A stretch of DNA of 64,000 nucleotides from Hormiphora californensis (lineage: Eukaryota; Animalia; Ctenophora): NCBI GenBank assembly GCA_020137815.1, contig CM035354.1:2418001-2482000 (forward strand), given 5' to 3'. The notes beneath the pieces are model-generated. The model saw only the letters and a list, made by a program, of their open reading frames with translations, searched no databases and was not told where the DNA came from. The translations under genes were made by a program, and so were the position numbers. Within the stretch, counting starts at the first letter, position 1. Every line of letters starts with the position of its first letter. Shown in pieces: positions 11,984 to 48,152 of the stretch.

Positions 11984-12571
11984 TCATCCAAACTCAATAT
12001 CATCTGGATTTTCAACTTTAAGAAGCACGGGGGACGGTGGTCCGTATAAGGGTTGTCCTGAGTGAATACAGGGGTGACATACCCTCTCAGTTGTCTCTAT
12101 CAGAGTAATGTATCCTGAAATAGAGGAGGAAAAAATAATACTTAAATACGAATATAATAGAGAACTAATATCACATTTAGCCAATGTAAAACCCACACAA
12201 AACTTCTTACAAAAGAAATTCTGAACTAGTGCGTACCTCTAATTATATCAGAGAATGATTCTTCCATACTGGCATCTTCTAACCGATCAATACTGAAGTC
12301 AAGTTGTTCTAATGTCCACCCCAAATTCACTAATTTCTCATACAATATATCTCCAGAAGTAGTGGTCTCTGTAACAGTTTCTATATTGAAATATCCCCGT
12401 AATTTGGTGATTTTGAAGATTTCAACAAACGTTAAGCATACCTTTATCTAATGTGGACGCCCATGAGCTAAGTTTGGCGGAGTGTTTTTCAATGATGGTG
12501 TCAAACAACTTGGAAAGTTTCCGAAAAGTGCAGTAGGGGAGCCTTTCAAGTTTGGTATCCTTGATGTTCAT
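11984..12571 (-). CDS. Small 3-exon protein (about 130 aa), possibly death-domain-like
   Basis: Exons ~12442-12571, 12236-12369 and 11984-12115 give MNIKDTKLERLPYCTFRKLSKLFD...RPLLLEILYEKLVNLGWTLEQLDFSIDRL...DDIEFG*. Confidence 0.5.
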
Positions 12572-13674
12572 TATTTGAAGATCTCCACCTCATTTCGTAC
12601 AACAACCAATTTCCACCATTTCCTACAAATAAGCCATCTTATTATTCAAGCCCATCCCGTAAATATATGTACAAGTGTTAATTCTTTGATCTGGGCAGCC
12701 GGTGAACCCAATGGGTAGCCGGGCTGCTGGTGCGGCTGTCGATTTATGAATTCCTTTATTCACGGGGTCCCATAGGTAAACAAATTATAAAATACCAACA
12801 ATACGACACTGGATTAAATCGGTTCGGAGTGATAAAACTGAGTCTGTGAACGCCCAATGAGCGACTATAATCTGGATGCCTCATGCCTTCTAGCCTGCTT
12901 ACAGGCACCAAGGTGCACGCTAGCAAAAAGAGTACACTTTTATTTTCTAGACCGACTTTTTTCAAACGGCTATAGGCTATAGCCACGCAACTACAAGTCC
13001 GATTTGAGTAAAATATACGGCGTCTGATAGAGAATCGATAGCGCTAACCGATAATTCCAAACCAACCCCTAACCCGTCTCGACAGCCCTAACCCGTCTCG
13101 AACGCCAAAATCGATGAATTGTTAGCAATGGAAGGCACCCAGATTTTTGGGGGATAATGGCAGCGCTTTTCAACCCAGATTTCAACTTTGCCCGGGCAGG
13201 CGCGCCCAAAATTATTTGTGAACATGAAATTGACTCGCGCGCGGCGTTAACTTAACGTCGCGCGCATGATGGGGCTGCAGCGCATTCCAAAATTTAACGC
13301 TGCGGTGCGCTAAGCACGGTACCGTGCATGTCACCCATACTTGGCCCCGGCAAGGGGCAGGTTGATCTACCGAACCCTGACATGGCGGTGTGAGCCACAC
13401 AGTCCTGTCTCACCTGGCCCCGCACGGAGGGTTACAACGAGGACAGCCAACGTTTTTATCAACCAGATGGCAAATTTAAACTCGGTATATCACTGAATGA
13501 TTAAGGTTCAGTATTTCCTTCATTACACAACTTGTATAACATAATACAAGGCATTATATTGGCACATTTTGGTAATCATATAATATTGTATACGACTTTA
13601 TCTCTCCCGTACATCACAACTTTCCAAATTCTACCCAACACAACATCAAAACTAGATGGAAAACACACACCCCT

Positions 13675-25032
<11,358 letters not shown>

Positions 25033-25315
25033 CAAAGCAGCAGAAGAGTCGCACCAAACAAGACGAACCCAAAGTCACTCTGGCGGCCATCTTGGATTTT
25101 TTGACGCCTGACTTTGAAATTCAGCGCGCGCACGAATATTTTACCCTGCGCGTTCAATGTTTTGATTTGCGCGCAACAGAATCGCGCATCAAAACTCATT
25201 TTGAAGGGTTGTTTGCGGAGGTGTTTCCATAGCCACGAACACCTGTCAATGTTTGCATCTCCAGGGACTGTCATAACTTTACATACTACTCTATTGACTG
25301 ACTTCAGTGATTGTT
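25033..25315. promoter_or_regulatory. Bidirectional promoter between cyclin T and ODF3/CIMAP1
   Basis: Divergent ATGs 283 bp apart. YY1-like GGCGGCCATCTTGG at 25082 and X-box-like GTTTCCATAGCCAC at 25223-25236. Confidence 0.6.
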
Positions 25316-26764
<1,449 letters not shown>

Positions 26765-29700
26765 GAAACGAAGTCATATAGGGACACTAAAACTAACCGA
26801 TTTAGCTTTACCCCGTTTATAATGTTTAGCTGGTTTACATTTCCTAAATATGCCAATGGAGTGTTTGGGTGATTTTAGCATGCGTACTACTCCTAGAAAC
26901 TATTGACTCTTGTTTTGTTAAACGAATAAGAGGTAATTTTACTTGATGATGACTCCTTAGAAAGGATGACCGACATAATATATTATGATCATGATTTTGT
27001 GCACTAAAACTCTTCAACTTGCAGTTTATAACACGTTAGTTCGGTGTTTTCCTTTTCCTCCCATCGAGTCATCAAGGCATGTATGTAGAGGAGCGGCGTT
27101 TTTTATTCCCCCAAATTAATCACTCGCCTCAGACTCTGAGGGAGGCCTGCATGCTACAGTGCAGATTGTTTGACAAAGATGAACACCGATCATAAAGTTC
27201 TCTCTTTGCTCTCAACATGAAATCAAAGATTTCTATTTCTAAAATAAAAACAGGGCTTGGCTATGATAGCTCAAGCTGGGAAGAAACCTAAATTCCAAGA
27301 AGTTATATTTCTTTCAAGAAGTCATGATGTTGTAAATCTAAATACTACTGAACAAGTTGTCAAGTTAGCTGTTATTAGTAACATCTGTGCTCAAATTCCC
27401 AGAAGTTATGAGTTAAGCAGTAATGCTTACACAGTATACTCACTGCTAATATAATGATTAACATGAATCATGATATAAGTTTAATATTCTGAAAGTCGGA
27501 ATTCATGGAATTTAAATTATGTACTACTCGATTCATTCACAAACTGTTCATGTTAATTTCTTGAAAATAAATGACCAGGACCTCTAACCTGGTTATATTT
27601 AAAGGCACTACTAATCATACCCTCATACCCATTACTCAATGTCTGGGATCGAGACTCTGACTAAGTAGTTTAGCACTTGGCTCCATTGCAACCTATTCTC
27701 GCTCCGTGAGATCGATCTCAGTCGCGCGCGACGTCGATCTCACTCAGGTATCAATGTGGCCAAGTTTAGCACCAATTTGAACTTGTGTTTTTGGGGTACT
27801 TAGCGGTAGCCACACGCTGAGGAAACCGCATACCGCCCGGGTATGGGTAACTATCATGGCGCTAAGGCATTTGAACTAGTTTAGTAGCAGTAGTTTTGCA
27901 CTGTAATAAGTTTTTCTAGAATTAGAAATCTAAATTGTATCACTGGATTCCAAGAAATTATTATATGACAAATTGAGTTCTCCCTTTGAAGTTGAACTCA
28001 CAGTGAAGCTTGCACTGTTGATATATCAGGTGTACATTTGTGAGAGTGGGACAGAGGGAATACGGGAAGGGTATCGAGTAATGGGAAATTGAATCATGTT
28101 ACCATGGCCGAGTAGTAAACACAGTTGCTATGGAGATGAATATGGCACCGGGAGAGGTTGAGGAGTTAGAATATGAAGAGCAGCTGTAAGTGTAGAGCTA
28201 GAGTGAGAATGGGAAACGGAATTCAAAAGAAAGCTAATGAATATAAATGAAATGAGAGTGTGACGGGTGAAGGGTTAGCGGAACCGCCACAGACCCCCCC
28301 CCCCTCGGCCTCCCGGCCCTAGCCTAGCACCTTTAAAGTTCGGACGGGATCTGGAAACTTGGTAAACATTTCTAAAAACCGCAACCTTTTTGCTCAAGAT
28401 CTCGGGCCGGCTGAGGGGTCATCAGTAACCTCAGCATGGGGTGGAACACGGGAGGTGCTGAACACATACACACCCCCCCCCCCCTCCATAATGATTAATG
28501 ACCTACTCCGATCCTAGGTCTACCTTTAGCAATACGGGTTTATGACTAAGCACTGGACAAGTCCCTGCACTAGGTACATTACAAATTCGTAATTCGTATC
28601 CAGCATTTGTCTCAAGGCCCGGAAATTTTGATTTTTGGAACCCACCGGCCACCAACCTTTTTCCAAATTGTTGACAGTTGGGAGAATACTCTATCGGTCT
28701 CATTGAGACTCTCAACAGCCAAATTTTGGAACCCCTCCCTATTTTTCCAGAAAATGCTAAAAGTTTGACAGTTGGGGGAATACTCTATCTGTACCACAAT
28801 TTCAACTTTAAAATTGTATGTCTAATGGCCAAGACATTGTCCATACTGATCCTTCACAACAAAAATTTAAGTAAAATGCCCACAGCTGCAGTTAGCAATT
28901 CGCATTTCGCGTGGAAGTTTTAAAAAACTTGCTAGCAGATAACAAGCTCCAGATACTACGATTCTGACAGACAGAAAAAACTTGGACAACTGTGCTTGTT
29001 TAGCGACATGCTGCCATCACGTTGTGCTTTCAGTGAAAAGTTCACACGCACCGCCTTTTGCACAAACATCTGACAGCTCAATGACATTTTTCCAGCCATC
29101 AAGGCGCCACGCCAGCATGGAAAATCAAAATCATAGAATTGAATAAATGTCAATGAGACTTTAGTCTAAGTTTAGAAATCAACTGACCAACTTTCCTATG
29201 ATCTATTTTTTCAAATGGTTAATTTAATTCAAAATTTCACTTGGTATCGGGTTAAATGAGCTCCTACGATCATTCTAAAACATTTTATCACAAAGTTTTG
29301 GCTCTACCATGGCCCAATTACGTTGGCACGAGCTATGCCCATATATGGGCATATTCATTTAAAAAAGTCTGTTTTAGGGCGTGATTTCGAACAAAACACA
29401 CATATAAATCGTCTCGTGACAACTTATACAACTGTTACTTTCAGTTTGAGTCTTCAGATATCCACTTTATGAACAAAAATAAAAAATTTTCTCCCTTTTT
29501 TTCTTGGATCAGGCTAGTTTCGGTTGTTTTTCCTTTTTCCAGCCTACATCTTTTCTCGGTACCTACTCCTCCCATCCCGCTGTACTGTCTAGCGTAAGTA
29601 TTGTACTTAGGTCTGTATCTTACCTCGTGACAAGTTTTTAACTGATCTTTATTCGATGGGTTTGCAGCATGAGTGAAGCACGAGTGTGTAATTTTATTCC

Positions 29701-30638
29701 GATTTTCAGTTATCCAGTTGTTCAGAATCTGTTGTCTGAACATTTGATCTGTGTCTATATTTGGAGTGATGAAGTGACAGTGGTGACATATATCCTGTGG
29801 CCTTTTTTCGAGTTTTTTCTATTTTGGTCTGTTATGAGCCTAATCTGTTTTCCACTTATGTGAGCCGGATAATTTGGATTTTTCCACCGTTTTTTTGTTT
29901 GAGTCTCTATATTTGGGTTGAGAGTTAGTTAACTGCTCTGAGTTTCCTCCAGTGGCAGCATCTGTAAAGCTCTGCTGTCCCTGTAGAATATGGGCAGGAT
30001 ATAAGTTTGAATATTATTATTATTATTATTGCTAATTTTACCAACTTGTAGAATCGTGGGGACGAATTTTAATTTTTTTTTAGTTTTTTCTTGGTGGAAA
30101 GCAAATTTCGGTTGTAATCGACTAATTTTGGCTTGCGGAACACGATCCCGTTCATGAAAAAGCTCTCAAAATTTAAGAACATGTCCAAAATGAACATTTT
30201 TTGTCAAAAATGAACATTTTTAGGTCAAAAATGAACTTTAGCATCATTTAATGATGCATATCAATTCTTGTCAGTTTCGAGGTGCTGAACACGATCCTGA
30301 ACATAAAAAGTTGATATCAAGAACATGTCAAAAACTGGTGAAAACCACACATATTTCCCTGTTTTTACCATTTTTCGGTTAAAAACTACACTTTTTAAAT
30401 CGCGATGCCAACGTAACTGACAAACACTATCTCGATTCTGTTTTGCTGATGTGATAGAGAATTGTCCATAGTTTCACATTAGCTAGATACTGAATGGCCT
30501 AGTCGAAAAAAATTGAAATAGCACACCCTAACACTCATACTTAGAAGGAGTTTACTCTCCCTAACCCGACGCCACCTATAATGCGAACCTGTCCTGTGGT
30601 CAGTTCCTGATGGTGGGGGGAGGGGAGGGGAGGGGGGC

Positions 30639-30760
30639 TATTCTCCTAGTGCCGGCGATATCGTTTTGCGATAGTCCCCTGTGGGCTTGCCGTTGGCAAG
30701 CCCAGGCACTCCGTAGATAGATAGATAGATAGACACTCATACTTACTAGGAGTCAGCTAG
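30639..30760 (+). mobile_element. Possible Helentron/HINE-like end (sub-terminal IR, hairpin, TAGA microsatellite)
   Basis: CTCCTAGT...ACTAGGAG inverted pair enclosing the hairpin GGGCTTGCC-GTT-GGCAAGCCC and a short TAGA run. Confidence 0.35.
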
Positions 30761-32278
30761 TCCTACAGTCAGACTCTGACTGTCAGAGTTTTGAGGTTTT
30801 AGCTATAGCATGTATAATAGTCATGCATATGGGGATCTTAGGCGTTCACTAGAAGTAGACGCATTTTTTAGATCTCTCTCTAGAGACTACCTAACGAGTC
30901 AGAATAGTTTATACGTCTCGACGATAACCAATCCACTGTATGGCGGCGCCAAACCCCATTTGATTCTCAGTGCGCTCAGATGGGTCGCGGCGCCAGACAG
31001 CCAATCCATTAATCCAGAGATCCTCATTTACCCTGACACTGACAGCATTGCATGATTCATAACCACCTCCACTTATCATTATAGTGAATCCACTATAATT
31101 AAGTTGTCTATAAGACAGCATAACTATAAGCTGCTGTCATTTCCTTTACTACCTATATCTCTGAATCTCGCCAGAGTTACTCTTTACCAATGATGATCCT
31201 GTCTAAGATAATAGGTTAAGGGTGCATTTGTACTAAACGACGCGACCATCGTTAGACCATCGGTAGTAATAGCCAGACATCAGCAGCAGTAGATGCAATA
31301 GATATTGGGAGTTATGCCATATTTCCATGGCTTCATGTTTAGAAGACATTGGTTTGTTTTGGTCTAGGACTGTAAACAGTAAACACCTGTATGGCGGCGC
31401 CATACCCCATTTGATTCTCAAATTGACAGTGCGCTCAGATGGGTCGCGGCGCCAGACACTGACAGGTAAACACAGCCAAGTCTCGCCGCCCAGAAAATGC
31501 AGTGCAGCATAGTGTCGGGTCATCCTTTCGAAATTTCCACTGATCCAATGAACACTAAACACTAGCTGCGCATTGTGAAAGGTTTCAGAGGTCCCAGAAG
31601 TTATATTTCATGACAGCATCTCATTGATAATTTGAATCCTGTTGGCCATCTTGTTGGCTATTATTAGGGTTGAGAAAGTTATCGTGGTCTATATTAATAA
31701 ATTAATTGTTTCTTTAAATGGATGATAGTGCACGAGACGATCCACTAAAGAGAGATCTCAGATGATGCAATAAAAGCCAACATGTACAGTTTTGCTGCTG
31801 CAGCTCTACACCGCTCGAGCTTGTGGTTACACGTCTCGATCAGAGGTCAATAATGCAAATGCAAGATCGAATCCTGGAGAGAATGCATGTCTGGAAGGCG
31901 CACCGCCACACGACCCCAATTCACGTATCTTCGCGCGCTGTAACAGAGACGCGCACGGAACCTTGGAAACTGGGCAACGGGACCGTCAATATTGGATTCT
32001 GACCATTATGACGGACGGCCACTAAACCATGTCCCGTTCCTTTATCAAGACAACTTAAACAATCATATATAGCGAATGAAGTAGATAAAATTTTGAACAA
32101 ATATAAGCTCTCCATAAACAGCAGAAAATATGAATAAAAACACTCCGCACATCACACAAAAAACACGTGTTCTCTGTGCATGACACATGTACACTCGCAA
32201 GCTGTGATTTGTTCTCTCATCTCAGTTTCTCCGAACGTCTCTGTTTCTTGCTTGTCTCGATTTGTTCTCGGCCAAAAT

Positions 32279-35042
32279 ATGAAATACCGTCTTCGCAAAG
32301 TTATAGAAAAACACAACCCAAACAACCAGAAGTACACTGACTTCAAACTTGTTGGATTGGAGGAGAAAAAAGCTCACTTCTCTGACTCAGACTCGTACGT
32401 TATATTTTATCCTTCGTATTTCTCGTAATCCTAATTATCGGTGACGAACCGTATAACCATTTATAATCGATTTAACCACCCAGTAACCCCCTACTATTAT
32501 ACCCTCAGATCAGATGATGATTTAAAATTTGTGAGATGGAGAAAACGGCACCCTGTTGGCAAGATGAAGCAACACTCTGATTTAGCACTATCTCAAGAGT
32601 TCAGGCGATGCACCAACACGCTTCCATTTGTGCTTGCCTCCCCATCCGTTGTCCAATCTTTACAGAAAGCACTTGCGGACGAGGAAGAAAAATCACAGGA
32701 ATTGGAAGGTGACCCCATTGATGTAGACAAGGCAACGTGTGAAATAGAGGGCATACAGAAAATGAAAGTCCCGGACTATTATAAAGAGAGCGATACGTCA
32801 GCAGCTCCTACCCAAACTACGGAAGATGTTCTTGTTCTTGAAAATTCGGATTCAGATAGTGATTATGAAGCTGCCGCAGAAACGGGTGGAATTGAAGATG
32901 CAGAGGAAAGAGAAATCCCCTGTTCAGAAGAGACAGGCGCAAAATTTGAAACTTCCGCTACAAAGGCCAAGGATGAGGAGACAAAAGAAATGGTCACTGA
33001 AGCAGCTGGAGATCCTGTTGAGAAAGCCGCCGATAATCTTGTAACGGAGACAATAAAAAACGCTACCGACATTGTTTCTACAAATGAAACGACTCTCAAG
33101 GAAACTCCTCCAGCGGTGGCACCGGTTACAGGCGAGGTATCCCAGCAACCTTCATGTGAGCACGTACAAAATCAAGAAGATGATGATGATGATGCTGGCC
33201 GTGGTGAAAGGCAAGATTACTGTTGTCGAGCATGCAGTTGCAATACCCTCACCTGATATGGACAGTGCGACCGAAGACGAGAAATCCCAGGAAATAAAGT
33301 CGATCCTAAAATCAAACGAAAACGACGGTGGATTCCAATAAATCAGTCAAATTTTCATGAGCGTGTGTCAGTGTTTCTGATTTAAATTGACTCTTTGACA
33401 AAATTGATTTCTAAAGCAAAACTCTTTTTACCCTATCAAGACATTTTATGAAGGAGCAAGTTAAATATTTCTTCAATTAAATATTTTCAACGCGATTTTT
33501 GAAGCTGTTTAATACTATGTCAAGTGCATCATCACCCCACTCGACTACGAAACCATGCTTGCCTAGTCAAATATCGTCACCAACCATCCCATCAAGAGCT
33601 GGAAGTTCTCATCGTAACTTGTCGGATGGCACAGTAAAGTTGCAGTTAAAATACTTACTGGACTCAACATCCCTAAATGACATCATTTTTCAAAAATCTC
33701 TACTAGATTTTCACTATATCGTGGTGGTGAATTGGAAAGTTTTCGAGCATGAGGTTATGAAAAAGCGCAAACTGTGGGGTTCCTGTAGGGCGTATTCAAG
33801 CTTCAACAGAGATGTTCTTCACCAGGGATATCAAAAGATTAAGTTTCAGGGATCCAAAAGCTCACAAAAGGTAACCATTCAATCATTTATCATTCATCCA
33901 TATAATTTTGACTTTATTGTTTCGTGGCAAATTGGGGGGGGGGGGGGGCGAACTTCATGATATGATTCATATTATGAATTTAAAGCATATCAACAAAGTT
34001 TTCATTTTTCTAGGTGCTGGTATATCTTAAGAATTCGGCTTCCTACGACCAAAGCCACATCCCCTGTTTCATACCAGTCAGCGAGGTGCATGAGAAGCAA
34101 AGATCTCTCAAGAAAATATATTCTAAAGATTTCTTCATTTCCAGTAAGCGGAAGAAAAAAACCGGAAGCCGCACTAAAAAGCTAGGCCGAAAAAGTGCCC
34201 TGAGAAAACTTGCAAAAACGCCCACGAATCACAGTCAACCACTTCATTCTGACATTGACACCACAAGAATTACAAGCATGCTTCTTGCGAACTTGCTCGA
34301 CAACCACATTTATGACACCTTATATTCAGTGGTCTGTGAAGTATTGGATGAACTGGAACCGGACGACACTTTAGTTTGGGATCCCAACCGATTGTCAGAG
34401 GAAGACACGAAGTGGTTTCTCAAACAATGGTCCTTTCTAAAGAGCAGTATAAATTGTTCGAGTCAAAGCTCGCATGCTATCGAACACATACCAGACATTG
34501 AGGAAGCTCTGAAAAGTTTAGCATTGCATAACTACCACATCAGTGATACTTTGTGCAACCTCAAATCTGAATTGGCTTCAATTTCTCGCGGATGCGGCGA
34601 TAACCCGGCTGGTTCAGCCAAAGTTGATAATGGCATTTTTCTAAAGGGAATGACAGATCAGATGAAGATGAAATTTGAACGAGGGCTAGTGAAGTTTGGT
34701 GAAAACATGGATCAAATCCATAAATATTATACCTGCCTTCAAAACCTGAGACCATTGGACCTGGACCTCTACCTCTATTCCGATGAGCGACAACACTTTA
34801 TTTCACACATAGAGGTCTCAAAAAAGATTGTTACCCTTCTGGACAGTGCGTCATACCATCATATGTCAAGGATTGAGTTCTTTGAAGTTGACAAAGACTG
34901 GGCTAAGATGCGTCAAGTCATCTTAGAAGCAGAAAATACCAACACCTTATCTACCCAGACACGAGGACAGTCATCCAAATCACTACGACAGAAAAGATCA
35001 AGACGGTTACCTAGACGATACATGAATTACCGTGTCCTTTAA
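32279..35042 (+). CDS. Divergent ELM2-SANT protein (MIER/MTA-like) with acidic N-terminal region; middle exons uncertain
   Basis: ORF 34014..35042 has ELM2-like DTLVWDPNRLSEEDTKWFL and DIEEALKSLALHNYHISDTLCNL, and SANT-like MTDQMKMKFERGLVKFGENMDQIH. The acidic ORF 32441..33256 lies upstream on the same strand. Confidence 0.55.
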
Positions 35043-36152
35043 TTAAACATATGAATCAATTACCTTTGTTGTAACTCGGCTACCCGGGTTAAACTGTAAC
35101 AGAGCTCGAAACGAGGGGGACTTTTTTGGTATCTCACGATCACTTTTTCGCGAACTGTCCTTCTTTTTGGAACTGTCTTTTGGGAAGAGTGAGATATTTG
35201 GGAATCTGGTGAAGTAAATGGCGGCGTTACATGATGCATTAAGTCCGACGCTGAGTAGAAGAAGAAATGGTAGCATGTATAGGGAGACATATAATCCATT
35301 CAGAAGCTGTAATTGGTCAACTCCGGTTAAGTCCGTGATCACTTGGTATGAGTAGACGAGGGAAACTGGTAGGTTGAATATCACGAATACCAAGATAACT
35401 AGAAACACCGACACCGTCTTACTGGGACCCTTCCTCTTGGTGCGAATCTTGTTGGGGAAGCGAGATTGCCTCCGGAGAAGAGATGCCATAGTAATGGTAC
35501 AGCCAACGCCGATAGGTATTGCCGGCCAGATAAAGTCTGCAACGTAGACGATGGATAGGACATCGAATAGGGGAGATCGTCGGTCCACAATATCGTCAAA
35601 GTAGTAGTTGCACATCACCAAGTATTCAGAATAGTGATAGCTCTCACCGCGGAAGAAGGGAAGTAGCCGGGCCGCTAGGTAGATCAGGAAGAACGCCAGG
35701 ACTGTCCACTGTAAGATGATCCTTATCAGGGGCTTGTTGGAGGCAGATTTCAGGGGGAAGGCAATGAAAACACCCCGTACCACGGAGAGAAGAGAGACGA
35801 GAATGACAGACATTCTGGCAGAGAGGTTCCACGTGATGCCGGCCAGGGAGCATATGCTGGGGATTCCGAACAGGTACGGTTCTCTGGATAGGGATAGGAA
35901 GGAAGCAGCGACTGGAATCAGTATGATACAGCAAACTGCATCTGACAGAGTCAGGAGGATGAATATAAGCCGCGACACAACTTTCTCGCTCATTTGGGTG
36001 AACCGGTAACATGCGTAGAGATTCGCCGGCAAGCCCCACACCACGCAAAGCACACAAACCAATCCGTAAGCGATCTCCAGATATCCGTATATCCAGTTTG
36101 CGGGGTTTAGGGTCTCATAAGGCCAGCTTGTGGTAGAACCGTTGGTTATCAT
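35043..36152 (-). CDS. Intronless rhodopsin-family (class A) GPCR
   Basis: 369-aa ORF with seven hydrophobic segments, TM1 GLPAN, TM2 LTLSD, TM3 Cys and SxxR, TM6 FNLP and TM7 NAAIY. Confidence 0.85.
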   Translation of the reverse strand: MITNGSTTSWPYETLNPANWIYGYLEIAYGLVCVLCVVWGLPANLYACYRFTQMSEKVVSRLIFILLTLSDAVCCIILIPVAASFLSLSREPYLFGIPSICSLAGITWNLSARMSVILVSLLSVVRGVFIAFPLKSASNKPLIRIILQWTVLAFFLIYLAARLLPFFRGESYHYSEYLVMCNYYFDDIVDRRSPLFDVLSIVYVADFIWPAIPIGVGCTITMASLLRRQSRFPNKIRTKRKGPSKTVSVFLVILVFVIFNLPVSLVYSYQVITDLTGVDQLQLLNGLYVSLYMLPFLLLLSVGLNASCNAAIYFTRFPNISLFPKDSSKKKDSSRKSDREIPKKSPSFRALLQFNPGSRVTTKVIDSYV

Positions 36153-36806
36153 ATGCTGAATTATATTTGGGGTTAATACACAGCGTATGTAACCTCTTTA
36201 CCGACTAGAGGTTCAGCAGAGGCCCGTCGACAATTCAATGCAGAGTGTCTCAGAATAATCAAGGAAGGAAACAAGCTGAATGGCGTGCATCAATAAAAAG
36301 TGAGTGAGAAAGGAATACACAGTTGAAACGCCATCCGAATAAGCTACAAGCGGGCAGCAATATTCGTCATAAAAAGCACCCCTGTTTTAAACTAAAATCT
36401 AGACTGCGTTATTGTATTGGCTGCATATTGACAACCATGACGAGAGGAAGAGAGAGAGAGGACAACCAAGTTATTGTATCACGATGGAAAGGGGGGAAAT
36501 TAAAATAGTCTTCTGACTATATAAAGGGAGAGAATGGGTGGCGCGTGCACGAAGGGGCTCAAGCAGTATCGCGTGAGTCTCAGCTGATGGGGTCCGAATT
36601 TATATGTTACCAGCGCTCCCAAATTGGGCGTCTCGACCACGGGCAATTGACAACCAACTCGGCTACGGAAGGATCACTTATCTCGTTGCCTAGCGACATT
36701 ACGTACTGAAGTCTCGACTGGAGGGTCACAAAATGAAAAAGAAGAATATCCCAATTTAAATTACTGAGTTTGTACCGCTACCAGCATATAAAAACTGGTG
36801 AACAAA

Positions 36807-36994
36807 ATGGTGATTGACTTGCGTCTCGCGACATATTCTGAATCATGTTGTCATTGTCAAAAGTTTAAACAAACAAAAAGAGTTTAACAAAAAATATTTG
36901 CATGATCAGGGGAAACCCGAAAGTTTGCTAAAACTCTTGTGTTTTATGTCTGAAAACATCATTCTTATGTCGCGAGACGCAAGTCAATCACCAT
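36807..36994. mobile_element. Small MITE with 29-bp inverted repeats
   Basis: ATGGTGATTGACTTGCGTCTCGCGACATA and its exact reverse complement at 36966-36994. Confidence 0.65.
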
Positions 36995-37296
36995 ATATCA
37001 ACATTCCGCGGCGGGCGACACAGTTAAAGCTGTAACGACCATGATTAACAAAATTATTTGATGTTTCTACCTGTCGAGACACTAGATATATATCTTAGGC
37101 AGTTACGATAATGGCGGTTTGATTTATTAATCTACAACATACCATTAAGAGAACCATAATGCAACGCGTCAGCAGCTGCTACCCCTCCTATCCAGCTTGC
37201 CCCTTGCCCTGCCTTATTCCCCTGTACACCTTGCCCTTTTCCCAGGACTGAGAAACAAGTTACATCTCTTACACAACGATCACTCTAAACCTCACT

Positions 37297-47803
<10,507 letters not shown>

Positions 47804-48152
47804 GGTCTCTCTATTCTATATGAAAAGGTAGTTGATTGATTATGCAGAATTATGACGTCAAACCTCCAGGGGGGGGGGGTCATTTCAATATTGAAATGAC
47901 CAAGAAAGGCTAGGGGGTAAATGGATCATAAAACTTCAGAGAGGGGAAGGACTGGTCTGCAGTCATTTTAATATATTTTCAATCAACAAGTGGAGGGGGT
48001 CATTTCAATATTCAGGGGAATGCTGTGCGGCTCACATCGTAATATTACGCTCTGTGCGGGTACGTTAGATCAAGGGGAATGCTTTCTCATCCCATATCAA
48101 TTGCAGAGGAGGGTGACCGTTAATTTCAATATTCAAGGGGGAAGCTTTCTTA

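Noticed and set aside
28270-30530. Large DNA transposon ending in GCACACCCTA at ~30530
   Set aside because: Only one hAT-like terminus was found, with no matching TIR, TSD or transposase ORF.
33499-33960. 153-aa ORF as an independent gene
   Set aside because: No recognisable motif. It is probably part exon and part intron of the ELM2-SANT gene.
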